NCBI GenBank assembly: GCA_947474705.1
Contig: CANJJS010000013.1
Span: 508 to 64,507 of the forward strand
Reading direction: 5' to 3'
Source: Acetobacteraceae bacterium
GTDB lineage: Bacteria > Pseudomonadota > Alphaproteobacteria > Acetobacterales > Acetobacteraceae
Length of the DNA: 64,000 bases
The translations under genes and the position numbers were made by a program. A model generated the notes under the pieces. It did not search any database. It saw nothing but the letters and a program-made list of their open reading frames with translations, and was not told where the DNA came from. Positions 27,251 to 35,003 of this stretch are shown piece by piece (the stretch's first letter is position 1; each line of letters opens with the position of its first letter).

Positions 27251-28105
27251 TCAGCTTTCGAGTTGGCGTTTGATCTCCGTCCACCGGTCGATGATCGGCA
27301 TGCACTCGTCCGCGCCCGCCGCGGGCAGCGAGAAGGTGATGCGGTCGATGCCGATTTCCTCGCAGAAGCGGATTTGCTCCATGATTTCGGGAACGCGGAA
27401 GATGGTGATGGGCAGGCTGGCGGGATCGCGTCCGGCCTCGGCGGCCAGTTCCCGGAACTTGCCGATCAGCACACCGACGCCGTCTTTCGCCAGCCGGTCC
27501 GCGCGCGGGATCCATCCGTCGCCATAGGCGATCGCCCGGCGCGCGGCATAAGGGAAGGCGCCGCCGACGATGATCGGAGGGTGAGGCTTTTGCACGGGCT
27601 TCGGCCACTGCTTCATCTTCTCGATATGCACCAGTTCGCCATGATACTCCGGCTCCTCCTGGGTCCAGATCGCCTTCATCGCCTCGATGCGCTCGCGGCC
27701 CAGCTTATGCCGGGTTTTGAACACCGTGCCATGATTTTCGATCTCGTCCTGGTTCCAGCCATTGCCGACCCCGAACAAAAACCGCCCGTTGGACATTTGA
27801 TCCAGCGAGGAGATGAGCTTCGCCGTGACGATCGGGTCGCGCTGCGGCACCAGGCAAACGCCGGTGCCGATTTTCAGGTTCGTGGTGACCGCGGCCGCCG
27901 TGGCCAGCGCCATGAACGGATCGTAAATGTCGTAATACGGACGGATCAGCGGGCCGCCCGCCGGATACGGCGTTTTCCGTGTCGATGGGATATGGGTGTG
28001 TTCGGGCACCCAGAGCGACTCAAACCCCCGCTCCTCCAGCACCCGCGCCAGCGGCGCCGGCTGCATGGAGTCGGACGTGAAGAACATGACCGCGCCAATT
28101 TTCAT
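27251..28105 (-). CDS. Luciferase-like monooxygenase (LLM) class oxidoreductase (F420-type subfamily by resemblance)
   Basis: AAGGAG RBS. MKIGAVMFFTSD...FESLWVPEHTHIP...IGTGVCLVPQRDPIVTAK...GRFLFGVGNGWNQDEIENHG. Confidence 0.85.
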   Translation of the reverse strand: MKIGAVMFFTSDSMQPAPLARVLEERGFESLWVPEHTHIPSTRKTPYPAGGPLIRPYYDIYDPFMALATAAAVTTNLKIGTGVCLVPQRDPIVTAKLISSLDQMSNGRFLFGVGNGWNQDEIENHGTVFKTRHKLGRERIEAMKAIWTQEEPEYHGELVHIEKMKQWPKPVQKPHPPIIVGGAFPYAARRAIAYGDGWIPRADRLAKDGVGVLIGKFRELAAEAGRDPASLPITIFRVPEIMEQIRFCEEIGIDRITFSLPAAGADECMPIIDRWTEIKRQLES

Positions 28106-28123
28106 GACTTTTTACTCCTTGTG

Positions 28124-29137
28124 TCAGGCGGCCGAACGGACGGCGGGAAAGACCTCTTCCGAGATCAGTTGCATCTGGTCCATGGCGAGGCGAGCGGGCA
28201 TCCCAGCCCAGTGAATGCCAAGGACAAGCGTGTTGACACCGAAACGGCGCTTCAGGACGAGGATTTGCTCCGTGACCTCGGCGGGCGAACCGAACAGGAA
28301 GCGGTCGTTCATCAGATCCTCGAAATCGGCGCTGAACGAATCTCCGGCTGGCATCACCGCGTCCTGCCCCCAGGCTTTGTAGGCCCGGTATTTCTCCTCC
28401 AGATACGGCTGGGCCAGCCGGATCGCCTCGGCCCGCGACCGCGCGACGAAACATTCCCGCGCCATCGGCAATTCGTCCGGAAACGGTTTCCCGGCATCGT
28501 CGAGGGCGCGTTTGTAAACTTCCATCTGCTCCGCGATGGTATCGATCTTGTTGTGCGGATTGACGAACCAGGTGTCGGCGACACGGGCGGCACGGCGGAT
28601 CGCCGCATTCGCGTTGGCGCCGATCCAGACCGGAGGCATTGGCTTTTGCACCGGTAACGTCGTGCAGTTGGCGTTGTCGAGTTCGAAATAGCTGCCTTTC
28701 ATGGTGACGAATTCTTCCGTCCACAGGCGTTTCACCGCCTCCAGGCATTCCTCGAACCGCTTGCCCGCCTGTTTCGTGGTCGTGCCAAAGGCCTTGAACT
28801 CAACTTCGCGATAGCCAATGCCCGCGCCGAAAATCAGCTTGCCGTTACACATGACATCCAGCGACGCCAGTTCCTCCGCCACATGCAGCGGACTGTGCAG
28901 CGGCAGCAGCACGACGCCGGGACACAGCCGCAGCTTCGGCGCGATCAGAGAGACCTGGCACAAGTATGGAATTTGCTGAATATATTGAAAGGGATACGAA
29001 CTGTAATGCGACCCCTTGCCAATCATGTCGTAGCCGAGGTCTTCCGCGAATTTCGCGGCGTCGAGATCCTCCTTCAGGCGGACGCGCATGTCGTCGCCTT
29101 GTGCGTACTGGCCGCGAACGATCAATCCGAAGCGCAT
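28124..29137 (-). CDS. LLM class flavin-dependent oxidoreductase
   Basis: 337 aa with GGAGGAA RBS. MRFGLIVRGQY...LCPGVVLLPLHSPLHVAEELASLDVMCNGKLIFGAGIGYREVEF. Confidence 0.85.
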   Translation of the reverse strand: MRFGLIVRGQYAQGDDMRVRLKEDLDAAKFAEDLGYDMIGKGSHYSSYPFQYIQQIPYLCQVSLIAPKLRLCPGVVLLPLHSPLHVAEELASLDVMCNGKLIFGAGIGYREVEFKAFGTTTKQAGKRFEECLEAVKRLWTEEFVTMKGSYFELDNANCTTLPVQKPMPPVWIGANANAAIRRAARVADTWFVNPHNKIDTIAEQMEVYKRALDDAGKPFPDELPMARECFVARSRAEAIRLAQPYLEEKYRAYKAWGQDAVMPAGDSFSADFEDLMNDRFLFGSPAEVTEQILVLKRRFGVNTLVLGIHWAGMPARLAMDQMQLISEEVFPAVRSAA

Positions 29138-29241
29138 GGTTTCCTCCCCCTGGTCTCAGGCGGAGTGTAAGCACGGACGCCGCGCCGCGCCACGCCCCCA
29201 ATGCCTGGCGTTCCCGCCCCCGCCCCCGCCCTCGTCCAGAG

Positions 29242-30099
29242 TCAGTCCCGGTTCGCCGCCGCCATCAAGGCACCGATCGCGTCCAGATGCGGCAACACCT
29301 TGTCGGCGGGATCGGATGGCACGCTGAACACCACGCGGTCCACGCCGATGTCGCGATACCGTTTCATCAGATCCAGGTCGCGCGGCGGATACCAGGCGGT
29401 GATCGGCAGGCTGGCGGGATCGCGCCCGGCCTCGGCGGCCATTTGCCGGAACCGGGGGATCTCCTCCAGCAAATCTATCTTGCCGGCCCCCGTGCTGGGC
29501 AGCCAGCCATCGCCGTAACGAATGGCGCGGCGGGCAGACCAGGGAAACGACCCGCCGACCAGAACCGGCGGGTTCGGCTTTCGCACAGGCTTCGGCCACG
29601 CCATAGCCGCGTCGAATTTCACCAACTCGCCGTGGTATTCCGCCTTCGATTTCGTCCAGAGTTCACGCATCGCCTCGATGCTCTCCCGCGCGCGCAAATG
29701 CCGCGTGGCGAACACGGTGCCGTGGTTTTCGATCTCGCTCTGGTTCCAGCCATTGCCGACCCCGAACAAGAACCGGCCCTTGGAGACCTGGTCGATCGAA
29801 GCCACCAGCTTCGCCGTCTGGATCGGGTCGCGCTGCGGGATCAGACACACGCCGGTGCCGATGTTCAAGGTCGTGGTCGCCATCGCCGCGGCGGTCAGCG
29901 TCACGAAGGGGTCCATCACTTCGTAATACCAGCGCTTCACGCCGCCCTCGCCCGGGAAAGGCGTCTTCATGACCTCGGGGATATGCGAGTGCTCCCCGGA
30001 CCAGACGGACTCGAAGCCGCGCTGTTCCAGCTCCCGGCCGAGATCGCCGGGCTTCATCGATGTCTCCGTGAAGAACAGCGAAATACCGAATTTCAACAT
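29242..30099 (-). CDS. LLM class oxidoreductase, close paralog of 27251..28105
   Basis: Internal ATG (MLKFGISLFFTE; an alternative ATG lies 6 nt upstream at 30105). Long near-identical blocks with the first LLM (IGTGVCLIPQRDPIQTAK, GRFLFGVGNGWNQSEIENHGTVF). The track ORF is extended to 31290. Confidence 0.85.
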   Translation of the reverse strand: MLKFGISLFFTETSMKPGDLGRELEQRGFESVWSGEHSHIPEVMKTPFPGEGGVKRWYYEVMDPFVTLTAAAMATTTLNIGTGVCLIPQRDPIQTAKLVASIDQVSKGRFLFGVGNGWNQSEIENHGTVFATRHLRARESIEAMRELWTKSKAEYHGELVKFDAAMAWPKPVRKPNPPVLVGGSFPWSARRAIRYGDGWLPSTGAGKIDLLEEIPRFRQMAAEAGRDPASLPITAWYPPRDLDLMKRYRDIGVDRVVFSVPSDPADKVLPHLDAIGALMAAANRD

Positions 30100-30219
30100 G
30101 CACATCCCCTGGGCCGATCCCGCGACACTACCCGTGTCCCCGGCGGACGGCCAGAGCGGCTTGCCATCCCATCTCCGGCGCACGATCCTGTCCCGGAACA
30201 GGACAGGACACACCGCATC

Positions 30220-31158
30220 ATGGCCCCGAAACTCGGATATCTGCTGCCCACGCGCGAACGGATCATGGAAGGCAGGCCAGAGGCCGCGCCGCTGCTGGAC
30301 CTTGCCACGCGGGCGGAGGCGGAGGGGTTTGACTCGGTCTGGATTGGTGATTCCATCACCGCGCGCCCGCGCCACGATCCGCTCACGCTGCTGGCCGGTG
30401 TCGCGGGCCGGGTGCCGCGGATCGAACTCGGCACCGCGGTGCTGCTGCCCGCGCTGCGCAATCCGGTGGTCCTCGCCCACCAGGTCGCGACAATCGACCA
30501 GATCTCCGAGGGCCGGCTGATCCTTGGCGTCGGCTTCGCGTCCGGCACGCCCAGCAACCTCGCGGAATTCGAGGCGACCGGAACACCCTTTGAGAAACGC
30601 ATGGGCCGGATGATGGAGGGGCTGCGCCTGTGCAAGGCGCTGTGGTCGGGACAGCCGGTCGATTGGGAAGGGCGCTGGACCGTCCGGCAGGGCACCGTCG
30701 CGCCAACACCCTTCCGCGCCGGGGGACCGCCTTTGTGGATCGGTGGCAATCTGCCTTCCAGCCTGGAACGCGCGGGCAAATTCTTCGACGGCTGGTTCCC
30801 GATCGCCCCCGCGCCGGACGCCTTCGCCAAGGGCCTCGCGCATGTGCGCGATGTCGCACAAACCGCCGGCCGGGATCCCGCTTCCGTCGCGGGCGCGATG
30901 TACCTCACCGTTTCGCTGGACGATAACGCCGAGGCGGCGGAGGCGCGGCTGAATGCTTTCCTGGAACGCTATTACAGCCAGCCGGCGCCGGTGCTGCGCC
31001 GCCGCCAGGCCTGTTACGCGGGCCCCGCGGCGGGCGTCGCCGAATGGCTGAACGCCTATGCCCAGGCGGGGGCGGGGCATATGTGCGTTCGTTTCGCGGG
31101 AGAACATGAAAGCCATATGACCGCGCTCGCGAAAGCCCGTGCGTCGCTGGGCTGGTGA
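30220..31158 (+). CDS. LLM class flavin-dependent oxidoreductase
   Basis: Internal ATG (MAPKLGYLLPTRE). FDSVWIGDSITARP...LGTAVLLPALRNPVVLAHQVATIDQISEGRLILGVG. The track ORF 28966..31158 is an artefactual extension. Confidence 0.8.
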   Translation: MAPKLGYLLPTRERIMEGRPEAAPLLDLATRAEAEGFDSVWIGDSITARPRHDPLTLLAGVAGRVPRIELGTAVLLPALRNPVVLAHQVATIDQISEGRLILGVGFASGTPSNLAEFEATGTPFEKRMGRMMEGLRLCKALWSGQPVDWEGRWTVRQGTVAPTPFRAGGPPLWIGGNLPSSLERAGKFFDGWFPIAPAPDAFAKGLAHVRDVAQTAGRDPASVAGAMYLTVSLDDNAEAAEARLNAFLERYYSQPAPVLRRRQACYAGPAAGVAEWLNAYAQAGAGHMCVRFAGEHESHMTALAKARASLGW

Positions 31159-31167
31159 ACCGGGCAA

Positions 31168-31234
31168 GCCGGCGGAGGGGCAAAGCCCCTCGCGGGGTTT
31201 GGGGCGGAGCCCCAAGACTTCCTTCCTCCGCCGG
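31168..31234. repeat. REP-like composite hairpin element, family 1
   Basis: An outer inverted repeat (GCCGGCGGAGG...CCTCCGCCGG) encloses GGGGCAAAGCCCC and GGGGCGGAGCCCC hairpins. The core GGGGCAAAGCCCCTCGCGGGGTTTGGGGCGGAGCCCCAA recurs at 63678-63715 with one substitution (A/C) and one missing G. Confidence 0.6.
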
Positions 31235-31300
31235 ATCGCCCGGTCCCGGCCAGCGGCCCCGGCTTGACGCGGCGGCCCATGCGGGCCCATGACCCCTCCG

Positions 31301-31699
31301 CCAGACGGCTGGACGGCCGCTTCTTCTCGTTTCGGCGGGGGGTGGAGGAAAGTCCGGGCTCCACGGAAATACGGTGCCGGCTAACGGCCGGCGGGGGCGA
31401 CCCCAGGGACAGTGCCACAGAAAACAAACCACCCATGCCGCTGCGAGGCGCCATGGGAACGGGTGAAACGGCGCGGTAAAAGCGCACCGCGCTCCTGGCG
31501 ACAGGGGCGGCAGGGTAAACCCCACCGGGAGCAAGACCGAATAGGGACGGCGGCGTCAGCCGAAAGGCCGGGCGCGGGGACATTTCCGTCTCGCCGTCCG
31601 GGTTGGTCGCGTGAGGCGCGCTGTAAGGCGCGTCCCAGAGGAATGGCCGTCTCGCGCCAAAATGGCGCGGACAGAACCCGGCTTACAGGCCGTCTGGCA
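31301..31699 (+). ncRNA. rnpB: RNase P RNA, bacterial type A
   Basis: Universally conserved blocks read directly: GGAGGAAAGTCCGGGCTCCA, ACAGAAAACA, GGGTAAACCCCACC, GCAAGACCGAATAGG, ACAGAACCCGGCTTA. P1 pairing is CCAGACGGC (31301) with GCCGTCTGG (31689-31697). Ends are approximate, +/-5 nt. Confidence 0.9.
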
Positions 31700-32240
31700 C
31701 TTTCGACCGCCGCCCGCCCCCAACCGGAGGGCGTTCGGCGTCAGGATACAATCTACAATAGTATGCGTCTTCGCGGCCCGCCACTGGGCCGGGTGTTCCG
31801 CCGGCCAGGCATGATGGCCGTCGAGACCCCCTGACGGGAGCCGATCCCCGCGAACACCCGTGCCGGGCGGACCGCTGGTTCCCAACCAGGTGGAGGGCAC
31901 GACCGTCCGGCGGCCGCCCACGCCGGAAAAAACGCGCGCGCGGCCGTTCCGCGCCGGCGGCGAGTCCTTGCGCCTGACCGTGCGAATTTCAAAGAAAAAA
32001 TGCAGTATTTAGACATTCGAGGAGCGGGCGCCGACACCTCCGCGAACCGCCGCCACCGTTTCCGCATGTACCCGTGAACGCGGCATTAATTCGTCAAGAA
32101 CGTAATAAGAACCCGGCCGATTTCATCTGGCATCTTCTTGCCCAGACTCGGACGCGTTTCATACCCATGTAAAACGAACCCGCCGTCGCGTGGCCGATTT
32201 TTTGGCCACGAACGGTCCACCGCCCTTGCCCGGGGGTAAA

Positions 32241-32280
32241 ATCCCATGCTATCCCAAGCTCACCCACGGCATCCCAGTTC
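32241..32280 (-). promoter_or_regulatory. Candidate MraZ operator: four TGGGN repeats at exact 10-bp phasing
   Basis: The + strand reads ATCCCATGCT ATCCCAAGCT CACCCACGGC ATCCCAGTTC. The minus strand reads TGGGA-N5-TGGGT-N5-TGGGA-N5-TGGGA. It lies 132 nt upstream of the mraZ ATG. Confidence 0.45.
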
Positions 32281-32411
32281 AGTCCAGTCCGGCCCGTGGG
32301 GGTTCGGGCACGGGTTACTTGGCGGAAACCCAATCTCGATCGCGTGGCTTTCCCCCCGTTTCTCGTCCGCCGCCGACGTCGCGACCCACGCCAGGAGGTG
32401 GCCAGGCTCTC

Positions 32412-32906
32412 ATGGCTTTGTTCAACGGAACGCACGTGCAGAACTTCGATGCGAAAGGCAGGGTCTCCGTCCCCGCCTCGTTCCGTACCGCCTTGCGTGC
32501 CGGCGTGGCCAACCCCGCCGCGCTCGCCGAGGGTCCGGTCAGTCTGCCCATGGTCCTGCGTCCCTCCGACAAATCCCAGTGCATCGAGGCCCTGACCGAA
32601 ACGCGCCATCAGGCCCTGGCCGCCGAACTGGAAAAACTCGATCCGCTCGGCGAGGAATACGATGCCCTCGCCACTGTTTTGTTCGCCGATGCCTGGCCGG
32701 TCGAGACCGACAAGGAAGGGCGGGTGATCGTTCCCGAGGCCTTGCTGACCTTCGCGGGCATTGTCCGCGAAGGCGCCGTCGCCTTTGTCGGCATCGGTCC
32801 CCGGTTCCAGATCTGGCACCCCGATCGCGTGCCGGACCGCAAGGCCGAAGCCCGCGCCATCTTAAACAAAAGCCGCGCCGCCCGCCAGTTGGAGCCGGCG
32901 GCATGA
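32412..32906 (+). CDS. mraZ: Transcriptional regulator MraZ
   Basis: [25 protein letters not shown] and a second SpoVT/AbrB-like half ([12 protein letters not shown]). AGGAGG RBS. Internal ATG of track ORF 32190..32906. Confidence 0.95.
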   Translation: MALFNGTHVQNFDAKGRVSVPASFRTALRAGVANPAALAEGPVSLPMVLRPSDKSQCIEALTETRHQALAAELEKLDPLGEEYDALATVLFADAWPVETDKEGRVIVPEALLTFAGIVREGAVAFVGIGPRFQIWHPDRVPDRKAEARAILNKSRAARQLEPAA

Positions 32907-33856
32907 CCGGCACCCACATCCCCGTGATGCTGTCCGAAGTATTGGACGCTCTCGAACCTCGCGACGGCCGAGTTTATCTCGACGCGACGTTCGGCGGCGG
33001 CGGTTACACAAGCGCCATCCTGGAACGCGCGGATTGCCGGGTCTGGGCCATTGATCGCGACGAGACCGCGATCGCCCGCGGCGCCGCCTTGGCCGCCCAA
33101 TATCCCGGCCGCCTGCATCTGCTCCAGGGCCGGTTCGGCGACATGCTGCCGCTGTTGACCGAGGCCGGGGTGTCGCGTCTCGACGGCGTCGTATTCGACA
33201 TCGGCGTGTCGTCGTTCCAGATCGACGATCCGGACCGCGGGTTTTCCTTCCGGGGCGACGGTCCTCTCGACATGCGCATGGGACGGCATGGGACGGACCC
33301 GTCCCCGACCGCCGCGGACCTGGTCAACACCCTGCCGGAGCGCGATCTGGCGGATCTCCTGTACCAGCTCGGGGAAGAGCGCGCCTCCCGCCGGGTTGCC
33401 CGTGCGATCGTGTCCGCCAGGTCCGAGGCGCGGATCGAGACCACGGGACGTCTCGCCAGCATCATCCGGTCCGTTCTGCCGCGCGACAAATCCGGCAACG
33501 ACCCCGCCACACGCTCCTTCCAGGCGCTGCGCATCTCCGTCAACGACGAACTTGGCGAGATCGCGCGCGGTCTGGCGCGGGCGGCGGATCTGTTGGGACC
33601 GGGCGGGCGGATCGTCGCGGTGTCGTTCCACTCGCTGGAAGACAGAATCATCAAACACTTCATGGCCCATGCGGCGGGACGGGCGGCGGCGCCGTCGCGG
33701 CACGATCCAAGGGGCCTGGCCGCCGATACGGCACCGGCGCTGTTCCGCCTGCTGACCCAAAAAGCCCGCCGGCCCGGCGAGGCCGAGATCGCCGCCAACC
33801 CCCGCGCCCGCTCCGCCCGGCTGCGGGCCATCGAACGCGTGGCGGTGCCGGCATGA
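32903..33856 (+). CDS. rsmH: 16S rRNA (cytosine1402-N4)-methyltransferase
   Basis: [13 protein letters not shown]...[12 protein letters not shown]...[15 protein letters not shown]...[15 protein letters not shown] overlap with mraZ. Confidence 0.95.
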   Translation: MTGTHIPVMLSEVLDALEPRDGRVYLDATFGGGGYTSAILERADCRVWAIDRDETAIARGAALAAQYPGRLHLLQGRFGDMLPLLTEAGVSRLDGVVFDIGVSSFQIDDPDRGFSFRGDGPLDMRMGRHGTDPSPTAADLVNTLPERDLADLLYQLGEERASRRVARAIVSARSEARIETTGRLASIIRSVLPRDKSGNDPATRSFQALRISVNDELGEIARGLARAADLLGPGGRIVAVSFHSLEDRIIKHFMAHAAGRAAAPSRHDPRGLAADTAPALFRLLTQKARRPGEAEIAANPRARSARLRAIERVAVPA

Positions 33857-33923
33857 CCGCGCCAGTTTCCCTCGCCGCCCGCCCGTCCCCTCCGTTCCGC
33901 GCCGTCAACCGCAGGGTGCATTC

Positions 33924-34994
33924 ATGATCCGCCCCATCACCGTGATGTGCTGGTTCCTCGCTCTTGGCTCGGGCCTCTACCTCTATCGCGCCAAGTACGA
34001 GGTCGAGAAAATGGACAAGCGTATCGTTCAGATCGGCCGCGAAACGGACGGCCTGCGCGCCGACAGCCGCCGCCTGCTCGACGAATGGATCCGGCTGGGC
34101 GAACCGGAACAACTGCACAAATACTCCGATCAATACCTCGGTCTGAAGACCGTCGCGCCCACCCAGTTCGCGCGTGCTTTCGATCTGGCGAGCCGTTTGC
34201 CACCGCCCCGCGTCCTCCCCGACGACCGCCCGGAGCCCACCCTTGCCCGTCCGGGACTTTTGCCCGGCCAACCCGGCGCGGGCGGGGACACGGCGGAAAT
34301 GGACCCTGACGAACTGCCCGTGCCGCCGGTTCCGCCCGCGCTGCTGGCGGCCCAGACCGCCGAGCCGGTCCCGGCCAAACCGGTCCCGCGAGCGGTGCCG
34401 GCGCCGGACCTGGCCGCGGCACGTCCCCGCGCCGCCGATCCGGCGGCGCCAACCCGCCATCTCGCCACCGACCCGGCCGCGCCAACACGCCAACCCGCCA
34501 CGGAACCGGCGCCGCCACGCCCGCGTATCGCCGAGGACACCGGCGCCCTCCCGCCAAAACCCCTCGCCGCGCGGCCCGCCGAGCCCCGCCCGCCCGTCTC
34601 CGCGCAACCGGCGCAGCCGCCGCGGGTCCAACAGACCGTCGCGCCACCCCCGCAAGCTACCCCGCAGCCGGGCGTCCGGACGGCCGCCCAGCCGCCGGCG
34701 GATCCGCGCCCGGCCGCGCCGCGGGACGCCCCGCCGCGCGCGCCGCAAACCGCCGCCGCGCCCATGCCCGCGGCGCCCGCGCCTTCCGCTGTTCCCGCGA
34801 ACCGGCCGCCGCAACCCCAACTGGCCGCGACCCCCACTGGCCGCCCACCCGCCGAGCAACCGCCGGGCCCGGCCCGTAACGCCCCCGCCGCCTCGCTGCT
34901 GGGCATGTCCCGTGGCACCGTCCCTTTGCCGCTGCCAGCGCCCACCCCGGTGAGCACGAATACGTGGAACGGCGCCAATGGCGGCGGACGATAG
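33924..34994 (+). CDS. ftsL: Cell division protein FtsL-like with a ~260-aa Pro/Ala-rich C-terminal extension
   Basis: Position between rsmH and ftsI. N-terminal TM plus coiled-coil (VMCWFLALGSGLYLYRAKYEVEKMDKRIVQI...LLDEWIRLGEPEQL). The remainder is P/A/R-rich low complexity. Confidence 0.75.
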   Translation: MIRPITVMCWFLALGSGLYLYRAKYEVEKMDKRIVQIGRETDGLRADSRRLLDEWIRLGEPEQLHKYSDQYLGLKTVAPTQFARAFDLASRLPPPRVLPDDRPEPTLARPGLLPGQPGAGGDTAEMDPDELPVPPVPPALLAAQTAEPVPAKPVPRAVPAPDLAAARPRAADPAAPTRHLATDPAAPTRQPATEPAPPRPRIAEDTGALPPKPLAARPAEPRPPVSAQPAQPPRVQQTVAPPPQATPQPGVRTAAQPPADPRPAAPRDAPPRAPQTAAAPMPAAPAPSAVPANRPPQPQLAATPTGRPPAEQPPGPARNAPAASLLGMSRGTVPLPLPAPTPVSTNTWNGANGGGR

Positions 34995-35003
34995 GGGCAT
35001 GCC

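Noticed and set aside
28966-31290. Very long track ORFs 28966..31158 (+) and 29242..31290 (-) that overlap each other
   Set aside because: Only the 3' third of each shows LLM homology, beginning at an internal ATG (30220 and 30099). The 5' parts are antisense to the neighbouring LLM genes. The same logic was used to trim 3545..7381, 7162..8058, 9034..11205, 17873..19939, 53066..54634, 59770..61302, 60894..62501 and the dcw ORFs.
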